Assembly (NCBI GenBank): GCA_045578865.1 | Contig: JAZNLB010000008.1 | Location: forward strand, 37,234-101,233 | Reading direction: 5' to 3' | From: Clostridia bacterium | GTDB lineage: Bacteria; Bacillota; Clostridia; UBA1381; UMGS1253 | DNA: 64,000 bases | Shown: one piece after another, positions 57,631 to 64,000 of the stretch | How positions within the stretch are numbered: the first letter of the stretch is position 1 | Layout of the letters: every line of letters begins with the position of its first letter | Program-made: the position numbers and the translations under genes | The notes under the pieces: model-generated | What the model saw: the letters and a program-made list of their open reading frames with translations, nothing else | Database searches by the model: none | Told to the model about the DNA's origin: nothing

Positions 57631-59826
57631 ATGGATTTATATAAGGATAAAAACGCTTGTATCAACGACCGTGTCGAAGACTTGCTTTCCAAAATGACAT
57701 TGGAAGAAAAAATCGGTCAGACAAATCTGATTCCACTTTCGCAATCAGAGTTCGACAAAACTGCTAAACAACTTCGCGACGGCAAAATCGGTGCATTTAT
57801 TTTTGCGCTCACCGCACTGGCAGGTGAAGAAGGTCAATCGCAAGATAGCATAGAAAAAGCAAACGAACTCCAGCGCATTGCTGTGGAGGAAAGTCGTTTA
57901 GGTATACCGGTTATTAACGGTCGTGACATCATTCACGGCTACAGAACTATCTTCCCCACACCGCTTGCACAAGCTGCAAGCTGGGATATAGATTTAGTTA
58001 AAAAGGGTGCACAAATCATGGCAAAAGAAGCATCCTATACATGTATACATTGGACTTTTACGCCAATGATTGACCTGGCGCGTGACCCGAGATGGAGCAG
58101 AATTTCAGAATCGTTCGGCGAAGATCCTTATCTTGCCGGTGAACTGGGAAAAGCAAGTGTGCTCGGTATTCAGGGCGATGATTTAAGCTCTAACGGCAAT
58201 CTGTTGGCTTGCGCTAAGCACTATATTGGTTATGGTGCAGCTGAGGGCGGCAGAGATTACTGTAAATCAGAAATTTCCGAATATACAATGCGAAATTTCT
58301 ATTTGCCAGCATTTAAACAGGTTGTCAAATCTGGCGTTGCTACCGTTATGAACAGTTTTAACGAAATTGCAGGAGAGCCGGTTGCCTCCAGTCGCTATTT
58401 GTTGCGTGATGTATTAAGAGATGACCTCGGTTTTAACGGTTTTGTTGTCAGTGACTGGGGTTCAGTTGAACAACTGGAAAACTTTGGCGTTGCAAACAAT
58501 CGCAAGGAATGTGCCGAACTGGCGTTTAACGCCGGCATTGATATGGATATGTGTAGCGATTGCTACGAAGAACATCTGCGTGCCTTAGTAGAATCCGGTA
58601 AAGTTTCCATGGAAACGCTCGACAATACCGTACGCAATATTTTGACAGCAAAATTCAAAGTTGGTCTGTTTGACAACCCCTATACCGAAGTAATCAATAC
58701 GGAAGATGTGATGCTACAAAAAGCCGATGTGGATTTTGCAGAAGAATTTGCTGCACAATGTGCCGTCCTGCTCAAAAACGATGGCATACTTCCGCTCAAG
58801 AAAGGCACAACCGTCGCGCTGACCGGCAATATGCTGGAAGCCAAACGCGATTTGATAAGTTCATGGGCTGCTGACGGTCGTGCGGAGGATACTCAAAGTT
58901 TCCTTGAAGCCATCTATGAATACAACGGTAGAGAAAACTGCAAAACTGCAGACGATACGGATAGTATGTTTACACAATCTATACTTACTAGCGCTGATGT
59001 GGTTGTGGTAGCCATCGGCGAACCGTGGATGCTCACCGGCGAAGCAAATTGTATTGCCAACATTGATGTTACAGACGACAGACTCGAATATGTTAAGCGT
59101 GCAAAAATGAGCGGTAAAAAGGTCGTTACGGTAATTTTTGCAGGCAAGCCACTCGCAATTACTGATATTGAGCAATATTCCGATGCAATCTTGTACGCAT
59201 GGCACGGCGGCACTCGTACGGCAATGGCAACAACCAAACTTCTCTTTGGCGATTATGTTCCTTGCGGCAAATTGCCGAGCACAATGCCACGACACACAGG
59301 TCAGATTCCAATCTACTACAATTTCAATGAAAACCCGCGTTTCATTGATGATTATTATAACAACAAACCCAAATTCATGATCGGCGACCGCACTTTAACC
59401 TCCTATCATGACATAAGCGGCTCTCCCCTTTATCCGTTTGGTTACGGTTTGAGCTATACAAATTTCGAGTACGCAGATGTAACTGCAGATAAATACGAAA
59501 TTGCGCTCGAAGATTTGCAAAACGGCGAAACCTTCACCATCCATGCAAGCATTAAAAATACGGGTAAGTACGATGCAAACGAAATTGCACAATGCTATAT
59601 CGCCGATATTAAAGCGTCCATGTGCAGACCAACCAGAGAGTTAAAAGGTTTTAAGAAAGTCTTTATCCCTCGCGGAAAAAGCGTCGAAACAGAATTCAAA
59701 CTCGGCTACGAAGAACTCGGTTTCTACAGGCGTGACAACAAATTCGCTGTAGAAAAAGGCGAATTTGAAGTGTATGTCGGAAAAGATTGTCTGACAGAAA
59801 ACAAACTGATTATAAAAGTGAAATAA
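57631..59826 (+). CDS. Glycoside hydrolase family 3 beta-glucosidase/xylosidase-type, cytoplasmic
   Basis: GH3 N-domain with nucleophile context GFVVSDWGS, an alpha/beta sandwich and a C-terminal FnIII-like domain. It has no signal peptide. Confidence 0.9.
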   Translation: MDLYKDKNACINDRVEDLLSKMTLEEKIGQTNLIPLSQSEFDKTAKQLRDGKIGAFIFALTALAGEEGQSQDSIEKANELQRIAVEESRLGIPVINGRDIIHGYRTIFPTPLAQAASWDIDLVKKGAQIMAKEASYTCIHWTFTPMIDLARDPRWSRISESFGEDPYLAGELGKASVLGIQGDDLSSNGNLLACAKHYIGYGAAEGGRDYCKSEISEYTMRNFYLPAFKQVVKSGVATVMNSFNEIAGEPVASSRYLLRDVLRDDLGFNGFVVSDWGSVEQLENFGVANNRKECAELAFNAGIDMDMCSDCYEEHLRALVESGKVSMETLDNTVRNILTAKFKVGLFDNPYTEVINTEDVMLQKADVDFAEEFAAQCAVLLKNDGILPLKKGTTVALTGNMLEAKRDLISSWAADGRAEDTQSFLEAIYEYNGRENCKTADDTDSMFTQSILTSADVVVVAIGEPWMLTGEANCIANIDVTDDRLEYVKRAKMSGKKVVTVIFAGKPLAITDIEQYSDAILYAWHGGTRTAMATTKLLFGDYVPCGKLPSTMPRHTGQIPIYYNFNENPRFIDDYYNNKPKFMIGDRTLTSYHDISGSPLYPFGYGLSYTNFEYADVTADKYEIALEDLQNGETFTIHASIKNTGKYDANEIAQCYIADIKASMCRPTRELKGFKKVFIPRGKSVETEFKLGYEELGFYRRDNKFAVEKGEFEVYVGKDCLTENKLIIKVK

Positions 59827-59828
59827 AC

Positions 59829-59863
59829 AAAAAGAAGCGGTGGCTCAGCCACCGCTTCTTTAA
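59829..59863. terminator. Bidirectional terminator between GH3 and ispH-S1
   Basis: AAGAAGCGGTGG-CTCAG-CCACCGCTTCTT. Confidence 0.8.
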
Positions 59864-59870
59864 TATTCAA

Positions 59871-61835
59871 TTACGCTTCTTCAGTTTCCGCTGTTTCTTC
59901 AACAACTTCTTCTGCTGCCTCAATAGCCTCTTGAGCTACTTCCGGCTCGAGCAGTTCACGGATACTCAGGCTGATGCGCTTTGCTTCCCAATCAATTTTA
60001 GTAATCTTTGCTTCTACAACCTGACCAATCTTAAGTTCACTTTCCGGCTTCTCAATTCTCTTGTTTGCAATCTGAGAAATATGAATGAGACCATCTATAC
60101 CATCAATGAGTTCGACGAAAGCACCGAACGGCATAAAGCGAACAACCTTAGCGGATACAACATCCCCTTCGTTGAACTTCGCCTTTGCGATTGTCCACGG
60201 ATTGTCTTCGTCCTTTTTGTAGCCGAGGGAAATCTTTTTCGTCTCGGTGTTGATATCCTTGATGTATACTTCAAGTGTATCACCAACCGCTACAACTTCA
60301 CTCGGGTCCTTAATTCTGTTCCAGCTCAGTTCGCTGATGTGCACCAAACCGTCTACGCCACCGATATCAACAAACGCACCGAACGGCATGATGGACTTAA
60401 CAACACCGCTATACTGTTTACCCGCTTCAGCGGATGCCCAGAACGCCTCTTCAAGCACCTTCTTTTTCTCTTTAAGTACAGAAAGAATGGAACCGGCCAC
60501 TCTTCTGCGTCTGCTGTTGATTTCAGTAATACGCAATTCAACAGTTTGATTAACAAATACATTCAGGTCCGGTGTAAATCTGTCAGAAGCTTGTCTTGCT
60601 GGCACGAACACGCGTGTACCTTCCACCAAAACAATGATACCGCCGTTTACAGCCTGTACAACCTTACCTTCAAGAATTGTCTCGTTTTCAAGTGCTTCTT
60701 CAATCTTCTTCCAACCCGCAATTGCATCGAGCTTTTTCTTAGAAAGAAGTGTTTTTCCTTCACCGTCATTTACCCCAACAACGAATACCTCAATGGTGTC
60801 ACCAACTTTAACTACATCAGACGGCTTAGCGTCCGGATCATCGGTAAGCTCACTTGCCGGAATGATACCATCAGACTTAAAGCCGAGATCAACGATAACT
60901 TCCGTAGGTGTTACATCTACGACTACGCCTTCAACCACATCTCCTGTATTTAAAGTTTTGAGAGTTTCTTCAAGGGCCTCCTCAAAGCTTACTTCTCCGT
61001 TTGTTTTGATTTCTTCCATGAATCTTTTGACCTCCTTGATACTACCTGGCGGTGTTGAAGCTCCGGCGGTAATACCTATTTTTTTGTTTTTGTAATTTAT
61101 ATTCTGAGGAATATCCTCAAAATTTTCAATTAAGTAAGTATGCGCGCAGTTCTGTGCACAAATCTCATAAAGTTTTTGTGTGTTTGAGCTTTTAGCTCCA
61201 CCAATGACAAGCATTATATCGGAAACCTTGGATATTTCAGCAGCCTCTTGCTGGCGAACCTGCGTCGCATTGCATATTGTATCAAAAAAGACGATGTCTT
61301 GGCAATTCTTTTTTAAAATTGTAATAATCTTTTCATAATTGGATTGATTGAAAGTGGTTTGACAAACAACACTGACATGCTCACATTTAAAGTCTTTTGC
61401 CTCTTCAATATCGAAAATCACTATTGGCTCACTTTCGCACCAACCCATAATACCACAAACTTCAGGATGTTTTTTATCCCCGATAATCACAACAGTTCGC
61501 CCGGCCCTGCTCTGCTCAAACACAATATTGTGAATCTTTTTTACAAAGGGACAAGTTAAATCCGCAACTGTTAAATTTGCATCACGAGCTTCAAGGACAC
61601 TCTCTTTTGCTACACCGTGAGTTCGAATGACAAGTTTCGAATCCGCCGGGCAATCCGCCACACGCTCAATCGTCAACACGCCGCAATTTTTCAAATCCGC
61701 ATTCACGGTCGGATTATGAATTAACTCACCCAAAATTGCAATCTTCTCGCCATTTCGAATCATATTGTACACGCCGGAAACGGCTTTTTGTACGCCAAAA
61801 CAAAATCCGGCACTTTGAACAACAGTTATCTGCAT
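59871..61835 (-). CDS. ispH: Bifunctional 4-hydroxy-3-methylbut-2-enyl diphosphate reductase (IspH/LytB) fused to four S1 RNA-binding domains
   Basis: The N-terminal half has SAGFCFGV, THG and three Cys ligand contexts. The C-terminal half has four repeats of the S1 pattern (G.V..V....V.VD.G....G..H.SE). The start is ATG 61835 or TTG 61841. Confidence 0.9.
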   Translation of the reverse strand: MQITVVQSAGFCFGVQKAVSGVYNMIRNGEKIAILGELIHNPTVNADLKNCGVLTIERVADCPADSKLVIRTHGVAKESVLEARDANLTVADLTCPFVKKIHNIVFEQSRAGRTVVIIGDKKHPEVCGIMGWCESEPIVIFDIEEAKDFKCEHVSVVCQTTFNQSNYEKIITILKKNCQDIVFFDTICNATQVRQQEAAEISKVSDIMLVIGGAKSSNTQKLYEICAQNCAHTYLIENFEDIPQNINYKNKKIGITAGASTPPGSIKEVKRFMEEIKTNGEVSFEEALEETLKTLNTGDVVEGVVVDVTPTEVIVDLGFKSDGIIPASELTDDPDAKPSDVVKVGDTIEVFVVGVNDGEGKTLLSKKKLDAIAGWKKIEEALENETILEGKVVQAVNGGIIVLVEGTRVFVPARQASDRFTPDLNVFVNQTVELRITEINSRRRRVAGSILSVLKEKKKVLEEAFWASAEAGKQYSGVVKSIMPFGAFVDIGGVDGLVHISELSWNRIKDPSEVVAVGDTLEVYIKDINTETKKISLGYKKDEDNPWTIAKAKFNEGDVVSAKVVRFMPFGAFVELIDGIDGLIHISQIANKRIEKPESELKIGQVVEAKITKIDWEAKRISLSIRELLEPEVAQEAIEAAEEVVEETAETEEA

Positions 61836-61898
61836 ACTCAAGTCAGTTGACCTCACATTCGATTTCAAACCACAAATACTATTCTACCGCAAAACGAA

Positions 61899-62501
61899 CT
61901 ATTTTGCAAGACCTTTTTTCGCATCTTCTGCGATTTTCCTGATTCTGTCCACCACATCGTCGCTGACAATCCCAAGCAGTTCGTTGTCTAATTTCGCATC
62001 AAAATATTCTTCGTAGTAAATCGCATCGCCGATGACAACATATGTAGTACAAAACGGCTTAAAGCTGCCAACCAGCGCAATCGGCTGAATCGGTGACTTT
62101 GTTTTAAGTGCAAACATCGCAACACCGTGCTTAATATCCGCCTGTTCTCCGGCTTGCACTCGCGTACCTTCCGGAAAAAGCAAGAGCGGTGCATTACTTT
62201 TCAAAATACCAAGCGCTTTTTTTACCGCCTTTAAATCCGCATGACCACGGTCTACCGGAAATGCACCGAGCGCACCCAAAAGCGCACCGAACGGCTTGAA
62301 CTTAAACAGTTCTTTTTTTGCCATAAAACGCATCGGTTCTTTATAAGCCATGGCAATAAATATCGGATCCCAGAAGCTCTGATGATTTGCCGCCATCAAA
62401 ACGCCTTTGTTATACAAAAGTTTCTCTCTGCCGATTACACGCATCGGCATGATAAAATAAAGCAGTATACGCAAACCCCTGATTGCAATCCTGTAGAGCA
62501 T
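61899..62501 (-). CDS. plsC: 1-acyl-sn-glycerol-3-phosphate acyltransferase
   Basis: HX4D motif NHQSFWD and FPEGTR. ATG 62501 follows GAGGAGAGG. Confidence 0.88.
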   Translation of the reverse strand: MLYRIAIRGLRILLYFIMPMRVIGREKLLYNKGVLMAANHQSFWDPIFIAMAYKEPMRFMAKKELFKFKPFGALLGALGAFPVDRGHADLKAVKKALGILKSNAPLLLFPEGTRVQAGEQADIKHGVAMFALKTKSPIQPIALVGSFKPFCTTYVVIGDAIYYEEYFDAKLDNELLGIVSDDVVDRIRKIAEDAKKGLAK

Positions 62502-62503
62502 AA

Positions 62504-63175
62504 TTATAACCTCTCCTCTATCAGCGCAAGTAAACAATCTACCGTTTGGAGCGCATCCATATCCGAATTATCTACTAAAATTGCATCCTCTGCCTGACGA
62601 AGCGGAGAAAACTCTCTTTCGGAATCGTTTTTGTCGCGCGCAAGAATATCTGCTTTTATTTGCTCCAACTCTACCTGTTCGCCTTTCTCAACAAGTTCTT
62701 TAAAGCGTCTTTGAGCACGAGCATCCACACTTGCAGTCAAATAAATTTTTAAATCCGCATTCGGCAATACATGTGTTCCAATATCTCTGCCATCCATAAT
62801 TACATTTTTTCCCTCGGCCAGTTTGCGCTGCAATTCAACAAGTTTGATTCGAACCGCCTGTACGGTTGCTACGGCCGAAGCGCCGGCACTGACCTGAGGT
62901 GTTCGAATGAGACCGCTGACATCCTCGCTGTTTAAAAATACATGCTGTGCACCGTCCACATAATCAATGTTAATGTCAATATTTTCAAGTGCATTTTCAA
63001 GACGATCACCCTCATTGTCAAACGGCAAGTTGTTTCGAATCGCATACAAAGCAACGGCACGGTACATCGCACCGGTGTCGATATAGATAAACTTTAATTT
63101 TGCCGCCGCCGCTTTCGCGATCGTGCTTTTTCCTGCACCTGCCGGTCCGTCAATCGCAACAGAAAATGTTTTCAT
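62504..63175 (-). CDS. cmk: Cytidylate kinase
   Basis: AIDGPAGAGKST P-loop. 223 aa. Confidence 0.95.
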   Translation of the reverse strand: MKTFSVAIDGPAGAGKSTIAKAAAAKLKFIYIDTGAMYRAVALYAIRNNLPFDNEGDRLENALENIDINIDYVDGAQHVFLNSEDVSGLIRTPQVSAGASAVATVQAVRIKLVELQRKLAEGKNVIMDGRDIGTHVLPNADLKIYLTASVDARAQRRFKELVEKGEQVELEQIKADILARDKNDSEREFSPLRQAEDAILVDNSDMDALQTVDCLLALIEERL

Positions 63176-63226
63176 AATAATCCCTCCATGTCAATATTAA
63201 GCCGTGGGGAGTCGAACCTCTTAGGC

Positions 63227-64000
63227 TTAAGCGTTTTCTCCTGCCAAGTAGCCCGTTGAAAACGCAATTTGTAAATTAAAACCGCCTGTATAGGCGTCCA
63301 CATCAATAACTTCCCCTGCAAAATAAAGCCCGGAAACAAGTTTAGACTCCATCGTAGACGGGTTAATTTGCTTTACATCTACGCCACCCGAAGTTACAAT
63401 CGCTTCCGCAATCGGACGAAAACCACGCACATGCAAGGTCAAATCCTTTAAGGCTTCAACGAGTTTTCCGCGTTCTGCCTTGCTGATTTGATTGACACTT
63501 TTATGCGGCGCTAACCCTGCAATTTCAAGCATCGGTCCAATCATTTTTTTAGGCAATAGCCCGTCAAGCGCATTAACCAGATGCTTGTTTTGCGCCGCAG
63601 AAAAATCGCGCAGGATGCGTGCATCCAGTTTCTGCGGCGAAAGCGCAGGCTTTAAATCAATATGCAGAGTGTATCCGCTTTTTTTCAGCTCTCGCATGTG
63701 TGCACTTGCCGAAAGCACAACCGGTCCGGATACGCCGAAATGCGTAAAAAGAAGCTCGCCGAAATCCTCATAGACACGCTTCCCTTTTTCGTCTTTAACA
63801 GAAAGTGCAATATTTTTAAGCGAAACGCCCATTAAGTCTTTCACCCATTGTTCTTCCGTCACCAACGGTACGAGCGATGCGACAGGCTCACATATGGTAT
63901 GCCCTGCATCTTTGGCAAACCTGTAACCATCGCCGGTTGAGCCGGTCAACGGATAGGATTTTCCGCCCGTAGCGACAACGACGCTATCGCACGCTATTTC
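63227..64000 (-). CDS. HI0933/BaiN-like FAD flavoprotein, C-terminal part (5' end beyond the window)
   Basis: GSTGDGYRFAKDAGH and the C-terminal LYFAGEVIDVDAYTGGFNLQIAFSTG are typical of this family. The reading frame stays open to the window edge. Confidence 0.8.
   Translation of the reverse strand, partial: EIACDSVVVATGGKSYPLTGSTGDGYRFAKDAGHTICEPVASLVPLVTEEQWVKDLMGVSLKNIALSVKDEKGKRVYEDFGELLFTHFGVSGPVVLSASAHMRELKKSGYTLHIDLKPALSPQKLDARILRDFSAAQNKHLVNALDGLLPKKMIGPMLEIAGLAPHKSVNQISKAERGKLVEALKDLTLHVRGFRPIAEAIVTSGGVDVKQINPSTMESKLVSGLYFAGEVIDVDAYTGGFNLQIAFSTGYLAGENA

Noticed and set aside
59787-60953. 388-aa ORF on the plus strand
   Set aside because: It lies entirely antisense to the S1-repeat part of ispH-S1. 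The translation is low-complexity (Phe/Leu/Asn/Cys-rich) with no motifs and no RBS, so it is a shadow ORF of a strongly supported gene.
63198-63230. tRNA T-arm-like string (minus strand GAGGTTCGACTCCCC) within a TAAGCC...GGCTTA hairpin between the flavoprotein gene and cmk
   Set aside because: No acceptor, D or anticodon arms can be built and part of it overlaps the CDS stop. It is probably just an inter-cistronic hairpin, though a relic att or tRNA fragment cannot be fully excluded.

Overview
This is a 64-kb chromosomal window from an endospore-forming Firmicute of the class Clostridia. That placement is inferred from spoIIE, cotJABC, dpaAB, spoVAD/AE, a CIRCE-groESL locus, a T-box leader and Cheo-type LexA boxes. 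About 60 genes are densely packed and most are core housekeeping. They include polA-coaE-slt, ruvX, the minus-strand block tig-clpP-clpX-lon-engB-hisS-aspS, pncB, pcrA, a split metF/metH locus, kdgK-eda, dpaAB, groESL, an ispH-S1 fusion, plsC, cmk, tRNA-Thr(GGU) and tRNA-Gly(CCC). I saw no CRISPR array, rRNA, transposase, integrase or recognisable defence system.

Four things stand out:
1. The window opens inside a T-box riboswitch (1-111). It controls an unusual seven-gene operon (138-6649) rather than a tRNA synthetase. The operon encodes an XRE-HTH/cupin domain fused to a medium/branched-chain-type acyl-CoA synthetase, a P-loop NTPase, a four-subunit 2-oxoacid:ferredoxin oxidoreductase and an amidohydrolase-fold protein. 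I read it as a candidate tRNA-sensing module that makes an amino acid by reductive carboxylation of a short-chain acid.
2. A roughly 4.4-kb sugar-acid cassette (GH105 hydrolase, unknown protein, SDR, RraA-like protein, AraC regulator) lies between tRNA-Thr and cotJC. It is bracketed by two diverged copies of the last ~40 codons of cotJC, which looks like an integration scar with no recombinase left.
3. A YneA-like LysM/TM protein sits behind a textbook SOS promoter with three LexA boxes.
4. There are several smaller oddities. These are a KT-rich tail on trigger factor, an internally duplicated membrane protein in the metH operon, a Cys-rich tail on the MetH activation protein, and an rbr-spoVAD-spoVAE arrangement without spoVAC.

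All calls rest on reading motifs by eye. No database search or folding computation was run.
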